Source: an uncultured Chloroflexia bacterium (GTDB lineage: Bacteria; Chloroflexota; Dehalococcoidia; SZUA-161). From it: a stretch of DNA of 64,000 nt. This document shows, piece after piece, positions 10,733 to 20,454 of this stretch (positions are counted from its first letter, which is position 1; every line of letters starts with the position of its first letter). Location: contig CAWKAJ010000002.1 of assembly GCA_963847595.1 (NCBI GenBank), forward strand, positions 77,068 to 141,067, read 5' to 3'. Under the pieces are notes generated by a model. That model worked only from the letters and a program-made list of their open reading frames with translations, was not told where the DNA came from and searched no databases. Both the position numbers and the translations under genes were made by a program.

Positions 10733-11311
10733 ATGGCGTACACTGCTAAGGACTACAAGGGCCTAATCGGGATGAAAGGTTTCAGCGATACCTTGCTCAA
10801 CAATCATTTCACTTTGTACCAGGGCTATGTGACTAACACAAATAAGGTCATGGATACCCTCGTCGCCATGCTGAAGGATGGAAAGGTCGGGACGCCTGAG
10901 TATGCCGAGCTGAAGCGCAGGTCAGGCTGGGAATTCAACGGGATGCGTCTTCATGAGCTTTATTTCGAGAACCTCGGCGGCAAGACCCCGCTTAACAAGT
11001 CAGGCAAGCTGGGCAAGAAGCTGGCCGAGGAGTTCGGCAGCTACGAGAACTGGGAGAAGGACTTCAGGGGCACTGGCGCCATGAGGGGTATCGGCTGGGC
11101 CATCCTGTATCAGGATAATGTGAGCGGCAAGCTGATGAATCAGTGGATAAATGAGCATGATACCGGCCATCCTGCTGGATGCACTCCCATCCTGGTACTC
11201 GATGTTTTTGAGCATGCCTTCATGATAGACTACGGGCTGAAACGGGTGGACTATATTGAGTCCTTTTTCAATAACATCAACTGGGGTGCAGCGGAGGCCC
11301 GGCTCAAGTAA
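10733..11311 (+). CDS. Fe/Mn superoxide dismutase family protein (atypical N-terminal His motif)
   Basis: The C-terminal LDVFEHAFMIDYGLKRVDYIESFFNNINWGAAEARL matches the DVWEHAYYLDYQNRRPDYI...VNW motif. GIGWAILYQD matches GSGWAWL. The first HHxKHH block is only partly conserved (LNNHFTLYQGYV). An RBS GAGGAGG is present. Confidence 0.6.
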   Translation: MAYTAKDYKGLIGMKGFSDTLLNNHFTLYQGYVTNTNKVMDTLVAMLKDGKVGTPEYAELKRRSGWEFNGMRLHELYFENLGGKTPLNKSGKLGKKLAEEFGSYENWEKDFRGTGAMRGIGWAILYQDNVSGKLMNQWINEHDTGHPAGCTPILVLDVFEHAFMIDYGLKRVDYIESFFNNINWGAAEARLK

Positions 11312-11494
11312 GACCACCGCCAGAAATTCATTAAGCTTGGAAGGGCTGACTTACTAAGCAGTGGGAAGGCAGATAATGTGCATTTCTGCCAAGGGGACTG
11401 CTTAGTTGCGTCCCGGCAGTGCGATGCTTTCTATATCTGGGGCAAGGAGGTTGCTATTAGACTGTAATATGGCTATTCTATATAAGAATTTGCC

Positions 11495-12484
11495 ATGAGT
11501 CCTTTACGACGTTTTCTACAGATAATATATGCCGTTATTATTGTTGTAGCTATTGGTGTCATTGGCTACAAATTGATTGAAGGATGGACACTACTCGATT
11601 CTCTCTACATGACGGTTATCACCCTGGCCACTGTAGGGTACAGGGAAGTACATCCTCTCTCAACCGGCGGCATGGTTTTCACCATTGTGCTTATCGTCAT
11701 AGGGGTGGGTACCATATTTTATGCCCTCACCACTGTGGTGCAATACATTATTGAGGGTAATCTCGCAAATATACTGGGGAGACGTCGGATGAAAGAGAAG
11801 ATCGCAAAACTTAAGGGCCATATTATAGTTTGCGGGTACGGGAGAGTTGGAAGAGAAGTGGCGCGGGTTTTTCAGGAGGAAAGGATACCTTTTGTGGTTA
11901 TCGACCATAATAGCGAGGCTATTGCCAAGGCTGCTGTGGATGGCTACCTGCATTTAGTGGGTAACGCAACTAATGACGATATCCTAAAGGAGGCTGGTAT
12001 CCTCCAAGCGCGTGGGTTGGTGGCGGCAACGGGCAGCGATGCTGACAATGTATTTATAACGCTTTCGGCGAGGGAATTGCGCCCAGATCTTTTCATTACT
12101 GCCCGCGCTGGCGCCCCAGAGTCGGAAGCCAAGTTGAAGCGAGCCGGTGCTGACCGAACAATTTATCCGCATGTCCTCGGTGGGCGTCGGCTGGCAATGC
12201 TTGCCCTGCGCCCCTTGGTAGTAGATTTCGTTGACACAGCACTGGGAAGCCGCGGCCAGGAACTGGTCCTGGAGAACATAGGGGTAGGTCCCGGCTCACC
12301 GGTGGCAGGTAAGACAGTCAGAGAAGGGCGATCCTGTTGCAGCGGGGCTGTAATTCTGGCGGTAAAGAAAAAGGGAGGCGCACTTCTCACCAGCTTCTCA
12401 GATGATACGCAGTTGGAGTTGGGAGACGAGTTGGTTGTGGTCGGCAACCGCGAGCAACTGAGGTCTTTGGAAGGGTCGATGTAA
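11495..12484 (+). CDS. Potassium channel protein with TrkA/RCK domains
   Basis: Two N-terminal transmembrane segments and a pore helix with a TVGYRE selectivity-filter-like sequence, followed by IIVCGYGRVGREVA (Rossmann TrkA-N) and a TrkA-C domain. Confidence 0.8.
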   Translation: MSPLRRFLQIIYAVIIVVAIGVIGYKLIEGWTLLDSLYMTVITLATVGYREVHPLSTGGMVFTIVLIVIGVGTIFYALTTVVQYIIEGNLANILGRRRMKEKIAKLKGHIIVCGYGRVGREVARVFQEERIPFVVIDHNSEAIAKAAVDGYLHLVGNATNDDILKEAGILQARGLVAATGSDADNVFITLSARELRPDLFITARAGAPESEAKLKRAGADRTIYPHVLGGRRLAMLALRPLVVDFVDTALGSRGQELVLENIGVGPGSPVAGKTVREGRSCCSGAVILAVKKKGGALLTSFSDDTQLELGDELVVVGNREQLRSLEGSM

Positions 12485-12519
12485 GACGAAGGGCTTCGCT
12501 ATGAGAGGAACAGGCTAAG

Positions 12520-13287
12520 GTGGGGGAAGATATGCTGCAAGTTAAAGACTTAAGCGTGGCTGTCGAGGGCAAACAAATCCTGCATGACGTTAATCTCTCG
12601 ATTGGAGACGGTGAGACGCATGCTCTATTCGGACCAAACGGCGGAGGCAAGACGACTCTGCTGATGGCGATTATGGGGTTTCCCCGCTATCGGGTGACGA
12701 AAGGGCATATTATATTCAAAGGCCAGGATATTACCAAGCTGTCTCTGGATGAACGGGCGCGCATGGGCATAGGCATGTCGTTTCAGCGTCCTCCCGTAGT
12801 GCGTGGAGTTAAGACGCGGGATGTGGTCACTGCCTGTTTGGGCTCCCGGGGAGACGGAGATATTGTCGGTAAGATGGCGCAGAGACTGAACATGGTCGAG
12901 CTAATGGACCGCGATATAAACTACGGGTTTTCCGGCGGTGAGATAAAACGGTCGGAGCTCCTGCAACTAATCGCTCAGAGCCCTGATCTGGTGCTGTTAG
13001 ACGAGCCGGAGTCCGGGGTCGATCTGGTGAATATGGCTCTGATAGGGCAGATGATAAATGAATTACTGCAGAAAGGCATAGGACAGCACCCGCAACGCCC
13101 GCGGACGCGTTCGGGGCTGATCATCACACATACAGGCCATATCCTGGACTATGTGCACGCCAGTAAGGGATATGTCCTGTTAAATGGAACGATTCCCTGC
13201 GAGCGGGATGCTCTGGAGGTTTTGGATTCCATAAAACAGAATGGCTATGAGGGATGCGTAAAGTGTCTGTGTCAGAAAGAGCTGTAA
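12520..13287 (+). CDS. sufC: Fe-S cluster assembly ATPase SufC
   Basis: ABC ATPase with FGPNGGGKTTL and LSGGE-like motifs. It is followed by a SufB/D-family gene. Confidence 0.8.
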   Translation: MGEDMLQVKDLSVAVEGKQILHDVNLSIGDGETHALFGPNGGGKTTLLMAIMGFPRYRVTKGHIIFKGQDITKLSLDERARMGIGMSFQRPPVVRGVKTRDVVTACLGSRGDGDIVGKMAQRLNMVELMDRDINYGFSGGEIKRSELLQLIAQSPDLVLLDEPESGVDLVNMALIGQMINELLQKGIGQHPQRPRTRSGLIITHTGHILDYVHASKGYVLLNGTIPCERDALEVLDSIKQNGYEGCVKCLCQKEL

Positions 13288-14507
13288 AATCCAAGAAAAC
13301 TAGAGAGTTGGCCGAAAAGGCGCTGGATAAGAAGCCAGCTATAGGCGAGGACATCGACATAGGCTCCTATGCCTCGAGTGCTGAGGAACATCCCTACCAG
13401 AAGCAGCCGTCTGAGCTTTCAGCTCAGGACAAGAAGCGCATGAAAGAGGTAGGGGTTACGCTGGACGAATCGAGCCAGCGTGGAGGGACCTTCGTCCAGA
13501 TGGACCGCTCAGTGGTGCATAGCTCCTCAAGCCAGGAAGGGCTGGAGGTTATGGATATCAAGAAGGCGCTGGAGACCTATGACTGGCTTAAAGACTACTG
13601 GTGGCGTGCGGTAAGCGTGGATGCCGACAAGTTCACCGCCCAAACCGAGATTAATCTGGATAATGGCTATTTCATAAGGTCTCTCCCCGGCGCGAAGGCT
13701 GTCCACCCGGTTCAGGCCTGTCTTTACCTGGCGCATAAGAATCTGGCGCAAAAGGTGCACAATATCATTATTGCTGAGGAGAACTCAGAGTTGCACATTA
13801 TTACCGGCTGCGCCACCAGCCCTATGACAGCATCGGGGCTGCATATCGGCGTCTCTGAGTTCTACATCAAACGGGGGGCGAAGCTGACTTTCACCATGAT
13901 TCATAACTGGGCTCCAGAGGTGGCTGTGCGCCCCCGCAGCGGAGCTATAGTCGAGGAAGGTGGGGTATTTCTCAGTAATTATGTCAATATGAAGCAGGTA
14001 CGTACACTCCAGATGTATCCTGTCGCCCGTTGCGTGGGCGAAAATGCTATCGTCAGGTTTAACACTATTCTTGTGGCTCCCCCAGGCTCAACTCTGGATG
14101 TTGGCTCCAGGGTGCTTCTGGAGGCAAAAGGCTCCCGGTCAGAGGTCATAGCACGGACCATCACTACGGGGGGCACAATCATATCCAGAGGCTATATAGG
14201 GGGCAGCGCTCCCAATGTTAAGGGACATCTGGAATGCCGGGGTTTGATTCTCTCCGAGAAAGGTATCATTCATGCTATCCCGGAACTCAGAGGGGAGATC
14301 GCGGGCGTAGACCTTTCGCATGAAGCGGCAGTAGGCAAGATCGCTGAAGAGGAGGTGGAGTACCTTATGGCGCGCGGCCTGACACGAGATGAGGCTACGG
14401 CGACGATAGTAAGGGGTTTCCTGCATGTCGATATCGAAGGCCTGCCGCCGGAACTCGCCGCCCAATTAAAACAGGCGATCGAGACCAGCGAGAAGGAGCT
14501 TCTCTGA
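13254..14507 (+). CDS. Fe-S cluster assembly protein SufB/SufD family
   Basis: 417-aa ORF overlapping the sufC 3' end. It has beta-helix-like repetitive Gly-rich segments typical of SufBD. The exact start is uncertain. Confidence 0.65.
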   Translation: MRKVSVSERAVKSKKTRELAEKALDKKPAIGEDIDIGSYASSAEEHPYQKQPSELSAQDKKRMKEVGVTLDESSQRGGTFVQMDRSVVHSSSSQEGLEVMDIKKALETYDWLKDYWWRAVSVDADKFTAQTEINLDNGYFIRSLPGAKAVHPVQACLYLAHKNLAQKVHNIIIAEENSELHIITGCATSPMTASGLHIGVSEFYIKRGAKLTFTMIHNWAPEVAVRPRSGAIVEEGGVFLSNYVNMKQVRTLQMYPVARCVGENAIVRFNTILVAPPGSTLDVGSRVLLEAKGSRSEVIARTITTGGTIISRGYIGGSAPNVKGHLECRGLILSEKGIIHAIPELRGEIAGVDLSHEAAVGKIAEEEVEYLMARGLTRDEATATIVRGFLHVDIEGLPPELAAQLKQAIETSEKELL

Positions 14508-14538
14508 AGAATCTTAGATAGACAAGGAGGGACATGAG

Positions 14539-15225
14539 ATGGACCTGAAAGCTTTATATCCCATAAGCTATGGCATGTATGTGGTGGGCTCTAGAATGGG
14601 AAACAAGATTAATGCTCAGATTGCCAATACGGTGATTCAAGTCTGCTCCGACCCCCCGACCATTTCTGTGTGCATTAATAAAGGAAATCTCACGCATGAG
14701 TTCATCAAGGATAGCAAGGTCTTCAGTGTTTCGGTGCTATCTCAAGAGACGCCATTGAGCTTCATTGGCCGTTTTGGCTTCAAATCAGGGCGCGATATGA
14801 ACAAATTTGAGGGTGTCAATTATAAGGTAGGTGAGACTAAGGCACCTATAGTCCTGGACAATGCCCTGTCTTATATGGAAGCCAAGATGATTAGTTCGCT
14901 GGATACGAAAACACATACTATATTTGTGGGAGAACTCGTGGATGCCGCCGTTCTCAAGGAAGGCGAGCCGATGACCTATGCCTACTATCATGAGGTCAAG
15001 CGCGGCACCACTCCCAAGACAGCTCCCCATTATGTTGAGGAGAAGAAAGAAGGAGAAATTAAAATGGCGAAATATAAATGCTCTGTATGCGGATATATCT
15101 ATGACCCTGCAAAGGGTGATCCGGAGGGCAAGATTCCGCCCGGCACGCCATTCGAGAAACTGCCGGAAGATTGGACGTGCCCGGTCTGCGGTGCGGCTAA
15201 GAGCGAGTTTGAAAAAATATCATAA
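14539..15225 (+). CDS. Flavin reductase-like domain fused to C-terminal rubredoxin (high-molecular-weight rubredoxin, Hrb-like)
   Basis: N-terminal FMN-binding split-barrel (flavin reductase-like) domain. C-terminal [12 protein letters not shown]...[10 protein letters not shown] is a rubredoxin CxxC...CxxC motif. Confidence 0.8.
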   Translation: MDLKALYPISYGMYVVGSRMGNKINAQIANTVIQVCSDPPTISVCINKGNLTHEFIKDSKVFSVSVLSQETPLSFIGRFGFKSGRDMNKFEGVNYKVGETKAPIVLDNALSYMEAKMISSLDTKTHTIFVGELVDAAVLKEGEPMTYAYYHEVKRGTTPKTAPHYVEEKKEGEIKMAKYKCSVCGYIYDPAKGDPEGKIPPGTPFEKLPEDWTCPVCGAAKSEFEKIS

Positions 15226-15256
15226 ATGTGAGTAGCTGGGGAGCGCTTCAGAAGAT

Positions 15257-15931
15257 ATGGCTATACAGGCAGAGTTCATAAAATCGATTCCCTATTTCTC
15301 AAGCCTGAGCCCTGCTCAACTTGATTCTCTAAAGGGGCTTATCTTTGAGACTACGGCTGAGAGGGGGGAATTCATAGTGCTGGAAAGTGAGCCGGCTGAG
15401 GCGCTGTATTTTGTTGTTTCCGGCGTGGTGAAGGTGTTCAAGACATCGGCTGATGGAAGAGAGCAGATTCTCCAATTAGTACGTCCCGGTGAATCTTTTA
15501 ATGATGCTCCTATCTTCGATGGGGGCCCGAATCCGGCCAGCGCCCAAGCGATGGGGCCGGTAGTGCTTTATGGGATAAAGAATAGCGACATGGGGCCTAT
15601 TCTGCGTACTCACCCACAGGTAGCCCTGAATGTAATCAAAGTTTTATCGCAGAAGCTGCGGAATTTGGTTTCCCTAGTGGAAGACCTGTCTTTCAAGCAC
15701 GTTACTGCCCGGCTGGCTAAGATACTTTTGGAATACGCCGGCGATGGCGTAGGTCCTGCTAAGCCGCGACTGACACAGCAGGAAATGGCAGCTATGGCAG
15801 GGACTGCCCGTGAGATGATCGGCAGGTCGCTCAAGGAGCTGGAGGATGAAGGGATAATCAGGTTGGAGCATCACCGTATAGTAGTTGCTGACAAGGAAGC
15901 TCTGAAAAAATGGGCAGGGGTGGTTGAATGA
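15257..15931 (+). CDS. Crp/Fnr family transcriptional regulator
   Basis: cNMP-binding beta-roll followed by a C-terminal HTH (TQQEMAAMAGTAREMIGRSLKELE). Confidence 0.8.
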   Translation: MAIQAEFIKSIPYFSSLSPAQLDSLKGLIFETTAERGEFIVLESEPAEALYFVVSGVVKVFKTSADGREQILQLVRPGESFNDAPIFDGGPNPASAQAMGPVVLYGIKNSDMGPILRTHPQVALNVIKVLSQKLRNLVSLVEDLSFKHVTARLAKILLEYAGDGVGPAKPRLTQQEMAAMAGTAREMIGRSLKELEDEGIIRLEHHRIVVADKEALKKWAGVVE

Positions 15932-15994
15932 GACAAAGGTCACAGACAGACAGGTGCCCCTGCTCTTATGATGTTTTTGATGGAGTTCAACAGA

Positions 15995-16201
15995 ATGCCT
16001 GAAATTCCTGTAATAGACCAGGAAAGATGTAATGGATGCGGCCTCTGCGTGAGTGTATGTTCCTGCAGGTCATTGATGCTATTGGGGAACGTCATAAGTT
16101 TTGTTAAGACAGGAGACTGTGGGTGGTGCACGTGGTGTGAGGCTGTATGCCCCACAGGCGCCATAAGTTGCCCTTTCGAAATAGTTGTCGAGGAGCGCTA
16201 A
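15995..16201 (+). CDS. 2x[4Fe-4S] ferredoxin
   Basis: Two CxxCxxC-type motifs (CNGCGLCVSVC and CGWCTWCEAVCP). Start chosen at MPEIP. Confidence 0.65.
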   Translation: MPEIPVIDQERCNGCGLCVSVCSCRSLMLLGNVISFVKTGDCGWCTWCEAVCPTGAISCPFEIVVEER

Positions 16202-16362
16202 ACAAGTAATAATTTTGCCTCTCCACATTCCTCTATATCTGCACAACTCCAGCGCTACCAAGGTACTTAACCAACGTTCGGTCGCCAATGCGACAGAAGT
16301 CACATACAACGGTGAGCTCATAACTTATTATGCTATTGGTGGGTTATGTCCAGGGGTGGAAG

Positions 16363-16611
16363 ATGAGTCGCAAGACTAAAGATACACATGAGAAACGGAA
16401 ACGCCCGGCCAGGATTGGATGCGCTCATTATTGGGTAATTGAAAGCCCCAAAGGGCCTATAAGCAGGGGCGTGTGCAAGTATTGCGGCGCAGTTAGCGAG
16501 TTCAGCAACTATGTGCCCTACCCATCGTGGGAAGGCAAAATGCCCAAGCTTCCCGAACATCACGAGATGTCCGATGTTGAGCCCGGTGATAATGCGGACA
16601 GTAATTCCTGA
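16363..16611 (+). CDS. Hypothetical small Cys-containing protein (possible zinc-ribbon)
   Basis: The ORF ends before a hairpin terminator. It has a CxHYW...CKYC pattern and no recognisable family. Confidence 0.3.
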   Translation: MSRKTKDTHEKRKRPARIGCAHYWVIESPKGPISRGVCKYCGAVSEFSNYVPYPSWEGKMPKLPEHHEMSDVEPGDNADSNS

Positions 16612-16641
16612 AATGGCATTGAAACGCTAAAGGGTTCATTT

Positions 16642-16675
16642 AGGGGCGGGTTTCAAACCTGCCCCTATTTTTTTG
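16642..16675 (+). terminator. Rho-independent terminator (GC hairpin plus T-run)
   Basis: aggggcgggtttcaaacctgcccct followed by atttttttg, immediately after the 16363..16611 ORF. Confidence 0.55.
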
Positions 16676-16776
16676 AGGCCATCCAGTTCACCAATTCGCC
16701 TCCAGGGGATTGCCCTCACGATGGAATTCAGGCATAATGTTGCTGTTGCGTTTTTTCGATAATCGGAGGGCAAGCA

Positions 16777-17994
16777 ATGGCCAAACAAGCGCTTTCCGGA
16801 CTTAAGGTAGTAGAATATGGAAGTTTTGTCTCCGCAGCCTATTGCACCAAGCTGATGGCTGATTTCGGCGCTGAGGTCATTAAGATCGAAGAGCCTAAGA
16901 GAGGGGATGAGTCCAGAGATTACGGGCCATTCCCTGATGACGTCCCTCATCCTGAACGAAGCGGTCTCTTCCTCTACCTGAACACTAATAAACTGGGCAT
17001 CACGCTTAATGTAAAGACTACAACTGGATTGGAGATACTTAAGGGACTGCTCAAAGAGGCGGATGTCTTTGTGGAGAACAACCTGCCCAAGCTCATGAGC
17101 GAGATCGGCTTAGATTATGTCAAACTGAAGGAGCTAAATCCCAGGCTGATCGTAACATCGCTCACTCCTTTCGGGCAGACAGGGCCTTACAGGGATTACA
17201 AAGCCTATCCGATAAACTGTTGCGCGGTTGGAGGCGTAAGCCAGAGTATAGGCCACTACTGGCGCGAGCCGCTGACAATGCCGCTATCGCATGGCAATTA
17301 CCAGGCCGCTGTCAGCGGTGCTCTGGGCACAATGGTCGCCCTTCTGGCCAGAGATGTTACCGGTCGAGGCCAGCATGTAGACATCTCGGAGACTGATGTT
17401 TGGGCTACTTACCATGTGGGATTCGGAATAACGATTTATGCCTTCGGGGTGAAGGATAATCTGAGGAAGGGTTACATCGGAGGCGGCTGGACATATCCTG
17501 CACGGAGGGTTATCCCCTGTAAAGATGGGTATATGGCTCTATGCGCCCCTCAGCTTAAGCAGTGGGTCAAATTCGTGGAGCTAATGGGCAATCCTGAGTG
17601 GATTCAAGACCCGAGATACCGGGACCGCCATGCCATGGAGGACGATTATCCTGAGGAGGTGGACGCTCTGCTGGCACCGTGGTTCCTTGAACGCACCAAG
17701 AAAGAGCTCTTCGAACTCTTTGAAAAGAATGCGATTCCCTTCGCTCCGCTCTATAACATGGAGGATGAGGTTAATGATGTTCATCTTAAAGAGCGCAGGT
17801 TCTTTGTCGCAATTGATAGAGATGAAACCGGGGATCTGAAATATCCAGGAGCGCCTTATAAATTGTCTAATACGCCCTGGGCGCTGGCTCGCCCTGCTCC
17901 TTTGCTCGGGGAGCACAACGAAGAGATATATTGCGGGCGTCTGGGCTACTCGAAGGAGAACTTAGTGGCGTTGCGGAGAGCGGGTGTTATCTAA
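16777..17994 (+). CDS. Family III CoA-transferase (CaiB/BaiF/FldA-like)
   Basis: N-terminal LSGLKVVEYGSFVSAAYCTKLMADFGAEVIKIE is a family-III signature. The protein is 405 aa. Confidence 0.85.
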   Translation: MAKQALSGLKVVEYGSFVSAAYCTKLMADFGAEVIKIEEPKRGDESRDYGPFPDDVPHPERSGLFLYLNTNKLGITLNVKTTTGLEILKGLLKEADVFVENNLPKLMSEIGLDYVKLKELNPRLIVTSLTPFGQTGPYRDYKAYPINCCAVGGVSQSIGHYWREPLTMPLSHGNYQAAVSGALGTMVALLARDVTGRGQHVDISETDVWATYHVGFGITIYAFGVKDNLRKGYIGGGWTYPARRVIPCKDGYMALCAPQLKQWVKFVELMGNPEWIQDPRYRDRHAMEDDYPEEVDALLAPWFLERTKKELFELFEKNAIPFAPLYNMEDEVNDVHLKERRFFVAIDRDETGDLKYPGAPYKLSNTPWALARPAPLLGEHNEEIYCGRLGYSKENLVALRRAGVI

Positions 17995-18063
17995 TCCTGG
18001 AAAGTGACAGGGGCTGGTCGGAGCAGATGCTCAAACCTACCCGTGGACAGGAGGCTTCCTAAG

Positions 18064-19323
18064 ATGGCGTGGCATCCTTTGCAGGGTTATCGGGTGGTTG
18101 ATTTCGGGTCAGCATGGGCTGGTCCCCAGATGGCGCATATTGTGGCTGACATGGGGGCCGAGGTAATTAAAGTGGAGTCTCGTAACAGGATAGATTATGG
18201 CAGAATGGGTGGGGCTGCCAGTTCCAAGGAGTTGTTGCTCAAGACGCCTGAGGCGTTAGTGGCCGCTGCTCCGGAACGATTGGAGTTGAATCCGGTGTTC
18301 CATCTGCTGAACCGTGGCAAATTGGGAATTACGGTCGATTTTACCAAACCTAAAGGAGCTGAACTGCTTAGAGAGTTAATTAAAAGAAGCGACGTTGTTA
18401 CCGACAACTTCACCCCCGGCGTGTTGGACAGATATGGGTTGGGCTATGAATCGCTGGCAGAGATTAAGCAGGACATAATTGTGGTATCTCTTTGCTTTGC
18501 TGGTCATACCGGACCTCTAAAGGGAACCAGAGGGTATGCTCCTATCATCACCGCTTTAGCCGGCCTCGACAGCGTCGTGGGCTATACAGACGAATCGGTT
18601 CCCTGCGGGCCGAACTTTGCCTATGGTGACCACGTAGCAGCTATGCATGGGGCTCTGGCTATACTCGTTGCCTTGATTCACCGTAACAGGACCGGGGAGG
18701 GCCAGTACATAGACATCTCTGAGTGGGAGGCAACAACATCTCTATTGGGCGAGCCGCTTATGGAGTATGTCATGAATGGCCGAATTCCTGGGCCAACGGG
18801 CAACCGCGATTCCATCATGGCACCTCACGGTTACTATCCGTGCAAAGGAGAAGGACAGTGGGTGTCTATTGCGGTTAAGACCGATGAGGAATGGCGTAAC
18901 TTTTGCCAGGCACTCGGTAGCCCGCCCTGGGCTGAGGATGAGAGGTTCAGCGACAGATATAGCAGGCTGGCCAATCAGGATGCGCTGGATAAACTTGTGG
19001 GCCAGTGGACTGCCAATTACAGCCCCCCTGAGGTGACAGAGATTCTACAGCAGGCTGGTGTAGCGGCGGCTCCCTTCTTGATCTCCAAGGAACAGTATCA
19101 TGACCCGCATTTCAAGGAGCGAGGTATTTTTGTGGAGGTCAACCATCCCCAAAGCGGGCGTGAGGTATTTTATGGCATTCCCTGGAAGCTGAGCGATACG
19201 CCGGGCGAGGTTCGCGCTAGCGGACCGTTACTGGGTCAGCATAATGAATATGTGTTCAAAGAGTTGCTGGGCTTATCGCAGGAAGACTTTGAACATCTTG
19301 TTGAGGAGAAAATTATCTTCTGA
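18064..19323 (+). CDS. Family III CoA-transferase, second paralog
   Basis: RVVDFGSAWAGPQMAHIVADMGAEVIKVES. Start chosen at the M preceded by AGGAGG; the longer ORF begins at 18004. Confidence 0.85.
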   Translation: MAWHPLQGYRVVDFGSAWAGPQMAHIVADMGAEVIKVESRNRIDYGRMGGAASSKELLLKTPEALVAAAPERLELNPVFHLLNRGKLGITVDFTKPKGAELLRELIKRSDVVTDNFTPGVLDRYGLGYESLAEIKQDIIVVSLCFAGHTGPLKGTRGYAPIITALAGLDSVVGYTDESVPCGPNFAYGDHVAAMHGALAILVALIHRNRTGEGQYIDISEWEATTSLLGEPLMEYVMNGRIPGPTGNRDSIMAPHGYYPCKGEGQWVSIAVKTDEEWRNFCQALGSPPWAEDERFSDRYSRLANQDALDKLVGQWTANYSPPEVTEILQQAGVAAAPFLISKEQYHDPHFKERGIFVEVNHPQSGREVFYGIPWKLSDTPGEVRASGPLLGQHNEYVFKELLGLSQEDFEHLVEEKIIF

Positions 19324-19353
19324 TTTCGGGCAGCATGTCGGTATGGGACTGCA

Positions 19354-20454
19354 CTATGTTCTGACAAAAGTTGGGAGTTGAGACGTCATCGCTTGTTGCC
19401 CAAGTATTTGAAGTAAATAATCTACAACACGGGAGTCCCATTGTTCCCGGGACAGATTCATCAAGGCTTCAAGTGTTTCCTTATCGCCAGGCTGGAGCTG
19501 ATAAGGGTGGCGGAAGGTCGCATTACTACGATACCCTGACTCTGTTTGTCGCTTATCAGGAGCCCTGGCAATAAGCACAATATCTCTGTCGCACTCTAAT
19601 CGGGGCATTATTATGTTTGTAGATACAAGCTGGTCTCTCATGCCGCTGTCCCTACCTTGTGCCCAAGATATCGATTCGATGAAGCTATGGTCCGGGATGT
19701 GAATCTTGCCACTGTCAAGCGATGGGCCAATAATATGCAGCCCATTTGTTATTTCAATCAGGTCGTCGTAACTGACAAATTGGTTTGCAGTGTCCTCGCT
19801 CAGCAGGCTTGTCCACTCTCCATCGTCACGGATGGAGGCTCGTAATATCTCGGCCGTCAACAGCAGCTTCCGTGCTATTTGCATATATCTCGCCAGTTCC
19901 TGGGGATCGGTCGCAGCGCCGAAGACGGGGATGGCTAATTCGGCACCGGGTGTGGATTCTCTTCCCTGCGCCCGGAATATGGCTTGCAACTCCTCAAGGG
20001 AAATCTGTCCGCATAGAAATGACCTAATAGCTTCGCTTTGCTGCAGTGCTGATTTGCACTCTCCTTTTTTCAGCACCAGCCTTCTTATTTCAAGGGCCCT
20101 TTTTACCCTGGCACTAACATCGTCGAGGTCGAAGGGTTTGGTAAGGTAGTCGCATGCTCCCAGTTTCAGGGCTTCGATATGCATTTTGGTGTCTACCGTC
20201 GCAGTTATCATGATGACGAAGATATCAGGGTGGTCAGCGGTAAGCCTGCGCAATACTTCAATTCCCGAAAGGCCCGGCATACTGACGTCAAGAAGCACGA
20301 GGGCGAATGCCTTAATTGAGGCTTTACACAGGGCTTCCTGGCCATCGGCTGCAACTTCACAATTATAGCCGTCGAGCTCCAATTTGCGAGAGAGAATGTC
20401 TCTTATTGGCTCTTCATCGTCGACTATTAATATGGTCAGCTTATTTTCTTCCAC
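19354..20454 (-). CDS. Response regulator with N-terminal receiver domain and uncharacterised ~240-aa C-terminal domain
   Basis: ILIVDDEEPIRD...LVLLDVSMPGLSGIEVLRRL receiver motifs. Its start overlaps the stop of the upstream histidine kinase. Confidence 0.8.
   Translation of the reverse strand: MEENKLTILIVDDEEPIRDILSRKLELDGYNCEVAADGQEALCKASIKAFALVLLDVSMPGLSGIEVLRRLTADHPDIFVIMITATVDTKMHIEALKLGACDYLTKPFDLDDVSARVKRALEIRRLVLKKGECKSALQQSEAIRSFLCGQISLEELQAIFRAQGRESTPGAELAIPVFGAATDPQELARYMQIARKLLLTAEILRASIRDDGEWTSLLSEDTANQFVSYDDLIEITNGLHIIGPSLDSGKIHIPDHSFIESISWAQGRDSGMRDQLVSTNIIMPRLECDRDIVLIARAPDKRQTESGYRSNATFRHPYQLQPGDKETLEALMNLSREQWDSRVVDYLLQILGQQAMTSQLPTFVRT

Noticed and set aside
10657-10749. 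30-aa ORF (MQKEVNETAIKKAGKDSNNINEEVKNGVHC) overlapping the SOD-like gene's RBS
   Set aside because: It is in a different frame from the SOD-like gene, is low-complexity, and has no conservation signal. It is likely spurious.
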